DNA of 64,000 nucleotides, from the NCBI RefSeq assembly GCF_963921235.1, contig NC_086097.1, positions 12,276,001 through 12,340,000 on the forward strand, read 5' to 3'. A program made the translations under genes and the position numbers. The notes beneath the pieces were generated by a model. That model had not been told where the DNA came from, made no database searches, and saw only the letters and a list, made by a program, of their open reading frames with translations. Below are positions 25,795 to 38,720 of the stretch, one piece after another; within the stretch, counting starts at the first letter, position 1; each line of letters begins with the position of its first letter. This DNA is from Mobula hypostoma (taxonomy: Eukaryota).

Positions 25795-27035
25795 TGCACA
25801 GAGATGCATGGATGCCCACGTGCGCAAACTCACACACAGATACAGGCTCACACAAATACACCTGCAGACACAAGACCACACCCACATATACACATCTGCA
25901 GAGGGAAACATGCATTGACCCACACAGAGAGACCCATACAGTTTGTGGAAACATGCACAGACACACATGTACACATACTGACATTCACATGCCTGTAGAT
26001 ACCCATACTCAGCTCTACACTGAACCATTCCCACAAACTATGGACTCTTCATCTCTTACATACTACTCATTATGCTTGCTGGCATTTAGGGTAGCAATGA
26101 AGGTCCTCGATCTGTCTATCCTTGGTCACTCAGATAAAGATCTTCATTGCTGTTTCCTCAATAATTTTGTTTTACCAGTCAGGGGTGTTAGCCCTGAACT
26201 GAACCCCCAAACCTGGAGGACTGATCCACCCTTACCCTTTGACCTGTTTGACATGGGTGACCCTATCAAGAACCAATGGACTAGGCCCTGACTCCAACCA
26301 GCATAGCTCTTGGATCATTGAGGCAAGCAAGCCTCTAAACCATGACAAGGTTGTGGTCCTCTTATGTTGCCAATATTTACCGCGGATTTATTTATTTATT
26401 AAAATTATTGTTTGCTTTTTTCATTTTGTATTTGCACAGTTTGTTCTCTTTTGCACATTGGTCTCTTGTCTGTCTTATTGTGTGCAACTTTTCATTGATT
26501 CTACTGTGTTTCTTTGTACTTACTGAGAATGCCCATAAGAAAATGAACGACAAGGTGGAGGAAACATGCGAGACCAAAGACAACCTGGTGCCATGCTGTA
26601 GAGGCAGAAATGAAGACCTTGAACCATACCTGGGGCACAGTAGAGAAGATGGCCAAGGACAAGCAGAGATGGAGAACCTTAAACGCTGCCCTTAATGCCA
26701 GGGGCATTACAGGCAGTAAGTAAGTAACTAAGGACACACAGAGACAGACACACACACTGACAGATGTATGCATGTACGCACACATTCATGCAGTATGAAC
26801 ATACCAGGACAAGTAGGCACTGCCACTCAAATTGTCACATATATGTAGTTGCACAGACACACAAAGGGAGGCAGACATTTTCCCAGACTCACACCCATGC
26901 ACACACATGCACACACATGCACACTCGTGTATATACAAGCAGATACACTGAAACATGCACATGCAAAATAAGCACAAAGATACCAACAGAAATACACACG
27001 TAAACGTTCACAGATAGACTGATAAACACACAGAG
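25795..27035. repeat. Degenerate (CA)n-rich tract interrupted by nested retroelement fragments (26020-26732)
   Basis: CA-rich at 25795-26015 and 26733-27035; RTE-type and Rex-type pieces in between. Confidence 0.65.
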
Positions 27036-28344
27036 ACTTTAAAGCTCCCAGATGGGCAGCAGCATTGTAGTAGTGAGCCATTTTATGCTTCATTGAAGAG
27101 ATGGGCTGGGGAGGTGGTGAAATTCTGTCTCTCTCAGTGTCTCAAGGCACTTGCCCTCTTCCTCAAAAGAAAGAACCGCGAAGCTTGGCAGCAGAATACC
27201 TTAAAGTGTAAGATAATTACTGTCAGTCCCCCTCCTGCTGTGATCGTTCGATGAGCCCAACAACATACATTTAAATCCTCAATTTCTCTTGAAAGAGACA
27301 TGCAGCTGTGAAGAATTTGATTAAAATTACAGTTCTTTAGCTTCGACTTCACCTATTAAGAAAATATCTGGCATTGGACTTTTTGAAAATAAGTAGGCCA
27401 GTGGTAATTACAGCCAGTCTTCCCGCTGCGCAGGATGAATAGAGTCTCCTGGGTGGTATTTGCTGCTACCTGTCGATGTGGGCTGTTGACATGGAAGTGA
27501 GTGATAACCTTGCCAGCTTTTATTTTCGTGCACTTACAAAGATACATTAGCCGCAAGTGTAGCGATTTGCATTTTCACATCGCTTGATTATAAAAGAGTC
27601 TTTTGTGTTTACCTGAGATGGCCCTTTCTTCTGTGCCCGCTAAGTGCCTGCTTCTGTACAATTCAGGCTTTGAAAGGAGCGTTTTATCCAAATTGCAGGG
27701 TTCTTTGTAAATGTAGCAGTTGCACACTTTAATTCTTTTTTTTAAATATATAAGAGCTCTAACAATAGTAAGAAAGACTGTGGTAATTAAAACTATCAGA
27801 ATTTACTTTGGAGGCATCTTTGTGAGTCATCCCCTGCGCATTACATTCCCCGGTATATTTTATCTGGGGGTTTTGAACGAGCTAATCATGGTTTGACGAT
27901 TCTTCGATGCTTCGGGATCGCCAATGACCCGAACAAACTCCCCCAAGCCCACTGAAGACTGCATCAGGGCATGGCTCAGGGTTATTCTTCTTTCCGATAA
28001 TGTACCTTAATATCAATACGTTTTCAAATTTATTGAATGCAGTGTTGTTTAATCCTTTTTTTTCCTCAAAGCTTCTCAGCATGTGATTATCAAATTGCAG
28101 ACAATTTTGCCAAATTTCAGGCTAGCATTGTGTTGTGAACTTAAGACTGTCAGGAAATGGGCTGAGATTGTCAAACATTAATTTCTCTCAGCGTCCTGCT
28201 TGCATTTGTATGAGAGATTATGTGTGTGAGAGAGAGAGAGAAAGAAAGAGAGAGAGAGAGGACACTTTTATTATCGGGAAGAAAGTGTGCTTTTTAAACT
28301 CTCGGTTATTATTGCGACTGATCTCTCTGTCGGATGGATCAGCC

Positions 28345-28830
28345 ATGTTAGAAGACCGTGAGTCCATCATCAAGGACTTCCACCATCCAGACCATGCTCT
28401 CTTCTCACTACTGCCATCAGGAAGGAGGTACAGGAGTCTCAAATCCCACACCACCAGGTTCAGGAACAGTTATTACCCCTCACCTATCAGGCTCCTAAAC
28501 CAGAGTGGATAACTTCACTCACCTCAACACTGAACTTATTCCAGCCAATGGATTCACTTTCAAGTACTCTACAACCAGTGCTCTGGATAGTTATTGCTTA
28601 TTTATTTATTTGTTTGTCTGCTTATTAATTTATCTATTTATTATTATCTTTTTTTGTATTTGCGTAGCTTGTTGCCTTTTGCACATTTGTTGTTTGTCCG
28701 TATTTGCGTTTTTTCTTTTTTTTGTATTTTATTGTACTTACTGTGAATGCCCACAAGAAAATGAATCTCAGGGTTTGTATACAATGACCTATATGTACTT
28801 AGATAATAAATTTGTTTTAAACTTTGAACT
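28345..28830 (+). mobile_element. Rex/Babar-like LINE 3' fragment
   Basis: SIIKDFHHPDHALFSLLPSGRRYRSLKSHTTRFRNSYYPSPIRLLN. Confidence 0.8.
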
Positions 28831-29039
28831 TCTGCTTCAGAATGTCGTAAGCTGAACCTGACTCTTTGCCTGGAGGTCTGAAGGAGAGCTCTTTTCTACC
28901 TTTCAGTTGAAATGCTCAACGGAGGTCCAAGTGGAAAGATTAAAAAAAGATGTTTAACTCTTCATAGCAATGTCAAAAACACAACCCACCATTTGGATTA
29001 AACCCCAAAATGAAATGGGAAAGAAAAAATCTCAGTGAA

Positions 29040-29355
29040 AGAGATGTACAAAATTATCAGGGGTATAGATAAGGTAAATGCAAGCAGGCTTTTTCCACTA
29101 AGGTTGGGTGGGACTACAACCAGAGGTCATAGGTAAGGGGAAAGGTGAACATGAGGATGGTGAGGGTGTGGAACGCGTTTCCAGTGGGAGTGGTGGATGC
29201 GGGTTTGATTTCAATATTTAAGATAAATTTGGATAGGTACATGGATGAGAAGGGTAAGGAGGGCTATGGTCCAGAAGCAGGTCAATGGGACTAGGCAGAT
29301 TAATAGTTTGGCACAGATTAGATGGGCTGAAGGGTTGCTTCTGTGACTCTATAAT
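29040..29355 (+). mobile_element. CR1 LINE 3' fragment
   Basis: MYKIIRGID...RVWNAFP...LDRYMD. Confidence 0.7.
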
Positions 29356-30129
29356 GACATTGAGTCAAGCGATATGAAATAAAAAAAATCCATGCTACAC
29401 TTGCTCTTCCATCTATTGTTCAGTATTTTTTTTATTACAGAAGCATCCTGTGTCTTGCGACTGTCAATTTTGACTGTGGATATTCCCCTGGCAAAACGTT
29501 TAGCTTTAGAATGGAGATTGAAGGCTGAAGTAAGATTGTCAGCGGAGAGGCATGATCATTTTTCCGGAAACTTCATAAAGCTGGAGGATAGGAGGATAGG
29601 CGCCTGCGTTAAACAGCAGTGGCTCTTCTTTGCTGTATTTACACAGATAATTCAGTCCCTGAACTGTAATGGACAATTTTGTCTGAACTTTGTAGTGTGT
29701 TTGATAGAAGCCTTAGAAGTCCTGGAGTGAGACAGCAGTTTACTACTATCAATAATGGTCAAGGCAAACCAGTTAGCTAAACTGACTCACTGAAGAAATT
29801 GCTTTGCTCTTTCAAGATAGGTGTGCTTCACAGTTCTACATGCACGTTTTATAACACTTTTGCATTTTTTGTTGTTTTTTTGTAGGGAACGGTGACATTA
29901 ATTGCAGAATAGTGTATAAAAAAGAATAACTAAAAGGTTATTTTTAAAATTGAATTTCATTCAACTCTTAACTCTGCTTATGAGTTTACATTAAACTTCA
30001 TCGAGAGTGGGGAATGAAAGAAGAGGGAAGCGGGAGGGGGAAAATTATCAAAAGTTAGAGAAATTGATGTTCATGCCATCAGGCCGGAAGCAACCCAGAT
30101 GGAATAAAATAATAATAATGATAATTATA

Positions 30130-31335
30130 ACTTCCTACAGGATTTACTTCAAGGCTTAAGAAAATCTGCCAAACAGAGCTCAATAATAAAAAATATTACA
30201 AACGCAATAAACAGTTTTACTATACCTATATTAACATATTCTTTTGGCATAATTCCTTGGTCCAAATCAAACTGGAAAACTTACAAAGAAAAATAAGAAG
30301 AATGACAAATTTTAGAAAACACTACGTACACTCAAACACACTGAGATTAACACTACCTAGTTCAGAAGGAGGAAGAGGAATAAAAGACATAAAAAATTTA
30401 CAAAACAGTCATATAAAACTTCTAAGAATATATTTTCATCAACAAAAACAGGATTCAACAGTCCATGTAAGAATATGCAACTCTGATAAGAATTACACAT
30501 TATTAAATTTATGTGAATGCACAATCCAAAAAAATGAAGGAATTACCACAAAAGAAGAAAGTTAACCAATGGAAGAGCATGACCCTCTGCGAAAGACATC
30601 CCCATGATCTGAACAGATTAGATGTCGACAAGGAAGTTTTGAATGCCTGGCTCAGAGTTGGAGATCTCTTCCCAGAAACAGAGGGGTTCCTTGTGGCAGT
30701 ACATGCCCAGGTGGTTAACACACAAAAAAAAAATCAAAAATATATAATAAAAGACCAACAAGTTCAAGATGATAATTGCAGAATATCCCTTGAGAAATCA
30801 GAAACAATCCAACATATTACAGGATCCTGCTGCAGTTTAACACAATCACAGAATCAATCAAGTGACAAATATCATTCACCAAAATCTTGCTTTAAAGTAC
30901 AAGCTCATAAAAGACAACATACCTTGCTATAAATATGAGCCTGATCCTGTTTTAGAGTCAGAGTCCTACAAATTATATTTTGATCGATCCATCATTACAG
31001 ATAGGATAATCCATAATAAAGGTCTGAATACTGTATAGTAGTTCAGGATGAACAAGCAAGAACAACCTACTTAATAGGTATAGCCAGTCCAAATACACAT
31101 AGCATACAGAAATCAATAAATGAAAACCAATAGAAATATGCTGAATTTAAAGTGGAAATTTAAAGACTATGGAACTTCAACAGGGTATACATCGTGCCAA
31201 TAGTATGTGCAATATTTATGTAAATGTTCAGAAAGCCACGATACTAAACTCCACTAGAATAGTCCAAAAGTTCCTGGCAATTAAGAAATAATTATGCCTG
31301 TACCTCTGGTTTTACCAGCTTGAGTTTAGAAAAAA
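30130..31335 (+). pseudogene. R4/Dong-clade non-LTR retrotransposon relic (RT C-terminus, CCHC, REL endonuclease)
   Basis: GGRGIKD; WLRVGDLFPETEGFLVAVHAQVVNT; C R...ETIQHITGSC; downstream KLYFDRSIITDRIIHN and KYAE...RLWN; frameshifted; flanked by (TAA)n. Confidence 0.75.
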
Positions 31336-31600
31336 ATAATAATAATAACTTATTTATAGAGCACTTTCCATACAGACTGTAGTTCAAAGTGCTTTACAAT
31401 GGGACAAAATGAAAACATGTAAATAAAAGACAAAATTCCATTAGTTAAAATCAAGGTTAAATAAATAGACTTTGAGCTGGTGTATAAAAATGTCAACCGA
31501 GTCTGTATCCTTTATAGTTTTAGGTTTTGAATTCCATAGTTTAGGAGCATAGTTCAAAAAAGCTGACCTGCCAGTGATTTTTTGAGGAAGATTGTTTAAA
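31336..31600 (-). mobile_element. L2 LINE 3' end with (TTA)n tail
   Basis: GRSAFLNYAPKLWNS...F..QLKVYLF; 3' end tgtaaagcactttgaact...aaagtgctctataaataa. Confidence 0.75.
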
Positions 31601-32743
31601 TTTAATAGATTTGATAAATCGGCCATGATTGAAGGGAAGAGCAGACTTGATGGACTGAATGGCCTAACCTGCCCCTATGTCTTGTGCTCTTGTTGTTACA
31701 ATCTTATGATCTCTAGCACCAAAACACACAAGGGCTTTAGGTGCAAGGAAATGGAATATTTTGACCAATGTGTCAGGATCTCAGTTTTGCCAGGAAGAAT
31801 AACATTAAATCCCACCTGTTACTTGGGAGCCAAGGAAACCCATTCAGTTCCAGAATGGCAAACCATTCTTTGGAAGTTTCATTTGCTCTGGCCACTGACA
31901 GAATGAGAATCAGGTTTATCATCATTGATGTATATCATGAATGTGGTAGTTGTACAATTCAGGACATAAATAATTACTAGAAGTCACAATAAGAAATTAA
32001 ATAAACATTGGAAAGGGAGAATAGTGAGTTAGTGTTCATAGGTTCATGACCGTTCAGAAATCAGATAGTAGATAGGAAAAAACTGTTCCTAAATTGTTAC
32101 CATCTGTCACCACACTCCTGTACCTCCTTATTGATGGTAGTAATGACAAGAAGACATGTTTTTGAGGGCCTTTCATGATGGATGCTGCCTTCTTGAGGTA
32201 TTGCCAAGATGTCTTCAATGGTGGAGGCGTAGTTCCCATGATGCCACTGGTTGAGTCTACAAACAGCTTCACTGTTTCAACAAGTGTTAATTCATGTACA
32301 ATGGAGTCATACAGTCATACAGCACAGAAGCAGGCCACACAGCCCACAATGTCTGCACCAGCTTTCAAGTACCCATTTGATGCTAATGTTTATGGGAATT
32401 ATGTGAATTAATAAATCCATCCAATAACATTACAGTGCCATAAACTGTGGGTAAGGGAGAGCTCTAGCAAGCAACATAAATGATTCTGCTGCTATGAAGA
32501 TATTCTGCTGCCGTCAGGAAGGAATTTGTACGTTTATCCCATGACCACATGTGTTTCCTCCGGGTGTTCCGATTTCCTCCCACAGTCCAAAGATGTTGAT
32601 AGGTTAATTGGTCATTGTCAATTGTTATGTGATTAGGCTAGGTTTAAATCGAGCGTTACGGTCTGGCGTGGATCCAAGGGCCGGTAGGGGTTATTCCATG
32701 CTATATCTCAAAAAATAAACAAATCTGAAAGTGCTTAGCAGTG

Positions 32744-33232
32744 TGTTGCAGTCAAACTTATCGCTCATCAAAAGCCATTACCTCCCCCCAAGGGAAGCAG
32801 GGATTGGACTGTAAGGGGTACAGTGCAGCCACATAACTGATGATGTCATGGCACTGGGAGAGTATAAATCTAGTGTATGGTACACACGTAGTCTTTCTTT
32901 TGCTCTCTGGGTCACTGTGGACCAATCGTGGATGGTGTCATGGAAACAGTGGAAGCGTGCTGCACTGACAGAAGGCCCGAGTGCCCACATTAGTTTAAAT
33001 ATTTGCCTCCGTGTGTAACTTGAATGGATTGCTGATTGTTTGGTGTCTGTCTTGTTCTGCCACTTTGAGTGCTCAATTTAGATAAGTATTTGTAACTGAG
33101 TGGAACTTGAAGAGTTTATTGAATGCTTAGTGTCTGTCTTGTCCTGTAAATAAAGAGCTACGGTAGATTACTTACCTACTGAGTGTCAGCTGTCGCCTCT
33201 CGCCGAATCCGTGAATTTGACTTCACACAACA
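32744..33232 (+). mobile_element. Candidate solo LTR (about 490 bp)
   Basis: TGTTG...CAACA termini and internal aataaa; flanks cagtg/cgatg match weakly. Confidence 0.4.
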
Positions 33233-33245
33233 CGATGTGGGATTC

Positions 33246-34738
33246 ATAAGACCATAAGACCTTAAGATATAGGAGGAGAATTAGGCTATTTGGCCTGTCG
33301 AGACTGCTCCACCGTTCAAACGTGACTCATCCTTTTTTCTCCCCCTCAGCCTTACTTCCCTGCCTTCTCCCCTTAACCTTTGATGCCATGTCCAATCAAG
33401 AACCTATCAAGCTCTGCCTTAAATATACCCAATGACCTGGTCTCCACAGCAGTCAGTGGTAACAAGTTCCACAAATTCACTAACCTCTGGCAAAAGTAAT
33501 TTCTCCACATCTCTGTTTTTAGTGGATGCCCCTTAATCTTGAGGCTGTGCCCTCTTGTCCTAGACTTCTGCACCATGGGAAACATCCTTTCCACATTTAC
33601 TCTCTCTAGGCATTTCAACATTTGAAAGGTTTCAATGAGATCCCCACACATACTTCTAAATTCTAGTGAGTACAGACCCAGAGCTATTAAACGTTCCTCG
33701 TATGATAACACTTTCATTCCCAGAATCATCCTTGTGAACCTCCTCTGAACCTCTCCAATACCAGCACATCTTTTCTGGGATGAGGAGTCCAAAACTGTTC
33801 ACAATACTCAAGGTGAGGTCTCACCAGTGCCTTATAAAGCCTCAGCCTCACAGCCCTGCTCTTATATTCTAGACTAGACCTCTTGAAATGAATGCTAAAA
33901 TTGCATTTGCCTTCCTTACTACTGACTCTACCTACAAGTTAACCTTTAGGGCGTTCTACACAAGGACTCCCAAGTCCCTTTGCATTTCAGGCTTTTGGAT
34001 TTTCTCCCCATTTAGAAAAAAAATCTGCACATTTATTTCTACTAACAAAGTGCATGATCATGCATTTTCCAACGTAGTATTTCATTTGCCACTCTCTTGC
34101 CCATTTTCCTAATCTGTCTAAGTCTTCCTGCAGCCTACCTGTTTCCTCAACACTATCTACCCCTCCACCAATCTTCATATCTTCTGCAAAATTGGCAACA
34201 AATGCATTTATTCCATTACCTAAATCATTGATATACAGCATGAAAAGAAGTGGTCCCAACTCTGACCACTGCGGAATATCAGAAGTCACTAGTCCCTTAG
34301 GGAAACCATGCTGACTTTGTCCTATTTTGTCCCCTGTCTCCAATTACACCATAACTTCATCCTTAACAATTGGCTTCAACATCTTCCCAACCACTGAAGT
34401 CAGGCTAACTAATCTATAATTTCCTTTTTGCTGCCTTCGTCCTTACTTAAAGAGTGGAGAGACATTTGCAATTTTCCAGTCCTCTGGCACCATACCAGAT
34501 TCCAATGATTTTTGAACTAATGCATCCCCAATCTCTACTGCTACCTCTTTCAGAACCTTAGGGTGCAGTTCATCTGGTTCCGATGACTCTTGTCCCTTTA
34601 GTCTCTCAGCTTTTTAAGCACCTTCTCCCTTGTAATAGTAATTGCACTCAGATCTCTTCCTTCAGACCCTTCAATATCTGGCACATTGCTAGTGTCTTCC
34701 ACAGTGAAGACTGATGCAAGTACCCATATAGTTCATCA
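33246..34738 (-). mobile_element. CR1 LINE, degenerate ORF2 3' half with an internal deletion
   Basis: SQHGFPKG, GPLLFMLYINDL, VQRRFTRMI and SRTRGHSLK; tail (agaccata)n. Confidence 0.9.
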
Positions 34739-34793
34739 TTTAGAATCATAGTGACTTGTGAGCTGTGGGTGAGGAACAGTCATTGCTGATAGC

Positions 34794-35204
34794 TGTTAGA
34801 GAGTATGCTGTAGTTAGGGTATATAGAAAACTACTGAATTAACTTCAGCAACCAATCTTTAGACCTGAACATGGACGGTAATGCTCTTAAATTTAAAATG
34901 CAATTCTGGATGATAGGTTCCTAGGGTTATGAACTTCAGTTAATTGAAAATCAAGAAAATGTAGATTAACATTCATTTTGGGTCTTGAGTATAGCTGTGA
35001 AGAAGGTGGTATGAAATTTGTATGTAATTCAAAAGAAACATTGTAGATACATTGTGAATACAGAAATGTCCTTTGATCTTTAGTATATAAAATGCTGGGT
35101 CAAGCAGACCTCTTCCTTTGGAGAGTGTCTCATTTTTGCTGAATAAATGACAACTTCATATCTACCAGCTATGTCTCCCTGGTGACTTCGTTCACATTAC
35201 AACA
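34794..35204 (+). mobile_element. Candidate solo LTR (411 bp)
   Basis: TGTT...AACA termini, tataaaa then aataaa internally, 5-bp flanks atagc/acagc. Confidence 0.55.
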
Positions 35205-35656
35205 ACAGCTGCACCCACGAGTAGTTGAGGATCAGGTGCCGGAGGTGCCCCAAGGAAAATGAAGAAAGAGAGATGGAAGACAAGGATGAAATAAAAAAGA
35301 ACGGGAAAGGTAAGCAGCTCCTTCTGGCTGAGCCATTTATAACTATCCAAATGTACTGGCATTAGCATAACCCCAACACTCTATTCACCAAATGTCCCCT
35401 GTTATCTTCCCATCACCATCTCATCAAATTAGTACCCAGGAGTCACAGGGTTCTCCACCTATGGCCAAGCACCATTTTAGCACTGTATTGGAACCCTCTT
35501 GGTTTTAAGTTCAAAGTTCAAAGTAAATTTATCATTACAGTATGTATATGTCATGATAATAATAAATTTACTTCGAACTTTGAACTTCAAACCAAGAAGG
35601 TTCTAATAAAATAATATATTAGCTTGGTCGTAGCCGAGTACGTATATGTCACCATC

Positions 35657-36020
35657 TGGGTGGCAGGGTGGAGATACGTCTTTAACAAAGGAGGGTTAAG
35701 GCACTTCTTCCCTCCACTAGCCTGCAGATCATCCTTGGGCAAGGTGTAGCACCTGCTTAGCCCCCTGATCAAGGTCATGTGAAGCCATGGGTGTAGGTGG
35801 TGGATGGTCATATGAGCAGCTGGTTCAGATCACCAGACCTGATGCCAGGCAGACTATCTATGATGAGAATTGATAATATCTGGAGTCACCTGTCTTTTAA
35901 AGACACTGCCTAGAAGAAGGCAATAGCAAACCACTAATGTAAAATAAAATTGCCAAGAACAACCATGGTCTTGGGCCACGATTGCCCATGTCATACAACA
36001 CGGCAGATAATGATGATGAT
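35657..36020 (+). mobile_element. RTE-related SINE with (GAT)n tail
   Basis: Homologous to 4693-5085; TSD tcaccat at 35649-35655 and 36022-36028. Confidence 0.65.
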
Positions 36021-37729
36021 ATCACCATGTACTACCTTGAGATTCATCTTCTTGCCATTTTTTACAGGAAAATAAAGAAATAAAGTAGAATTTATGAAAA
36101 ACCATACTTAAAGACTGACAAACAACCAAGGAATAATAGTCCTTCCCCTCCGCCATCAGATTTCTGAATGGACAAGGAACGCATACACAATATCTCACTA
36201 ATTTTTGTCCTCTCTTTGCAATACTTACTTAATTGAATATTTTATATATAATTCTTATTGTAACTTAGTTTTATTATTATATATTGCATTGTACTGCTAC
36301 TGCAAAACAACAAATTTCACAGCCAGTCGTATAAAACCTTATTCTGATTCTGGTCAATATTAACCATAAGATCATAAGACATAGGAGAGATTTTAGGCAA
36401 TTCGGCCTATTGATTCTGCTCTACTATTCTATTATGGCTGATTTACTTTCCGTCTCAACCTCATTCTCCTGCCTTCTCCCCATAACCTAATCATGAACTC
36501 ATGAAGTTCCACGTCAAATATACCCAATGACTTGGCCTCCATAGCTGTCTGTGGCAATGAATTCCCCAGATTCACCACCCTCTGGATGAAGAAATTCTTC
36601 CTTATCTCTGTTCAAAAGGGGGACTTTTAGAAGTACTATTGGGTTGGATAATGGAATTTTACCAATTTCTACCATTTGGAAATGTCAGCTCTTTTTTTTT
36701 CTCAAGCACTGAGGAGGTAGGGAAGAAAAAAAATCTCCTAGAAAAAAATCTATAAATATTACAGTGCTGTGAGAAACTCACATTATTGTTTATTAATTCC
36801 CAGGGCTGTGCATTAAATATCATTGACGTTCTCACTTAGACTCCAAATGACAGCCAGCAAATTGCCACCTATTAAGAATAAGTGTTCAACTAGTACACTG
36901 AGAAAAAAAAAATCTGTCGATTTAATATTTTGTGTTTCCCTGGGGGATGGGGAGAAAGATGGTGAAGAATCCGTAGTTATGTGTTAATGCAGTGAACATT
37001 GTGAGAAGGTAAAGGTCGATGAAAGAAGCTTAGGCAAACAAGGAGGGATAATAACAGGGAATAGGAGCAGGAGATGCCACATAGTCCCTTGAGCCTGGTC
37101 CGACAGTCAGTAAAATCAGAACTGGCATGATCTTTAGTTTCAACTCCATCTTCCTCTTTAGTTTCCATAACCCTTGTTCCTCAGATCCAAAAAAAAATCT
37201 ATGTTTCAGCCCTGAATATATTTAATGACTGAGGTACCACTGTTCTCCGAGGCAGAAAAGTCCAAAGATTCACTCTGAAAGGTGAATTGTTTAAGGGGAA
37301 TATGAGGGCGAGTTCTTCATTCAGATTGTGGTGAGAGTGTGGAACGAGCTGCCAGCAGAAGTGGTGGATATGGGGGCAATTTCAAAATTTAAGAGAAACT
37401 TGGATAGGTACATGGATGGGAGGATATAGAGGGCTTTAGTCCAGGTGCAGGTGAATGGGACTCGGCAGATTGATAGTTCAGCATGGACTAATTGGGCCGA
37501 AGGGCCTATTTCTGTTCCAAGACTCTAAACGTTAGTCTGTCTCATTCTAAACAGGCAACTCCTTACCCTGAAACTAATCTCCCCTAGTTCTAGTTACCCC
37601 AGTGAGAAGATTCATCCTCAATGTATCAAGCCTATCAGACATACAATCCTCATTTCGATGTTGAGAATATAGTCCCATTCACAGGTTTACACAATGCATG
37701 CTCAATCAATTTCCTCATCTTGTCTGCAT

Positions 37730-38720
37730 CATGTCCCTGGAAATGGAGTCACAGGTAGACAGGGTGGTGAAGAAGGCTTTCGGTACCCTGGCCTTCATCA
37801 GTCAGGTACTGAGTGTAGGTGCTAAGATATCATATTGTTTGGTAAGGCTGAACCTGGAGTATTCTGTACAGTTTTGGTTCCCTGGTTATAAGAAATATGC
37901 TATTAAGCTGGAAAGAATGCCGTGTAGATTTATGAGAATACTGCCAGGATTCAAAGGGTTCAGTTATAGGGAGAGTTCTGGCAGGCTAGGACTCTATTCC
38001 TTGGAGTGTGGAAAAGTAAGGGCTGATCTTATGGAGGTGCATAAAATTAAACCTCCAGGAGGACTACAACCTTGTTGTAGGGTTGTGAGTTTGTGTGCCT
38101 CAGTGACCCAGAGAGCTATGTTGGCCGAAGTCAGGACTTTATGCTTTGGTTCTTGGTAGTTTCACAGACACCAAACAGGTCAAAGGGTAGAGGCCCAACT
38201 AAGATGGTCCACCGGTCCTCCAGGTTCTGGAATTCAGCTCAGGGCCAACAACCCCAACTGGCTAAAAAACAATTGTTACAGAAACAGCCATGAAGAATCT
38301 TTCTATATAGACAGAGAGGAAACACCTTCATGCCCTACACTCCAGTGGTGTAACAGGCAGTAAGTAACTAAGTATAAAATTATAAAGGGCATAATTAGCA
38401 TGAATGCACACAGCCTCTTTTCCCTGAAAAAGAGGAACAAAAAATTAGTCGTCATAGGCATAAGTTGAGAGGGGAAGGATTTAAAAGGCCCCTGAGAACC
38501 AATTTCTTCAACTGGTGTATTTAAGGAACAAACTACCAGAGGAAGTGGTTAAACTGGTACAATAACAGTATTTAAAATACATTTAGACAGGTAAATGGAA
38601 AGGAAGGTTTGGAGGGATATGGGGCCAACACTGGAAAATGGGACCAGTTTAGAATGGGAATAGTTCACATGGACCGAATATCATAAGGGGAAAGGTCAGT
38701 TTCTAAGCTGTATAAATCAA
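37730..38720 (+). mobile_element. CR1 LINE fragment interrupted at 38050-38373
   Basis: QVDRVVKKAFGTLAFI, RLNLEYSVQFW and DLMEVHKI; continues after the insertion. Confidence 0.8.
38050..38373 (+). mobile_element. RTE-derived short element with (TAAG)n tail
   Basis: 9-bp TSD ataaaatta at 38041-38049 and 38374-38382; homologous copies at 19752 and 26060. Confidence 0.7.

Noticed and set aside
25784..27093. Cluster of Cys/Val- and His/Thr-rich ORFs
   Set aside because: Translations of degenerate (CA)n/(TG)n sequence
27434..27496. Possible 63-nt exon (cag|...|gtgagt)
   Set aside because: Splice-like ends, but no recognisable peptide and no neighbouring exons; could be chance
29392..29730. 112-aa ORF with a hydrophobic N-terminus
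   Set aside because: No recognisable homology; length is compatible with chance
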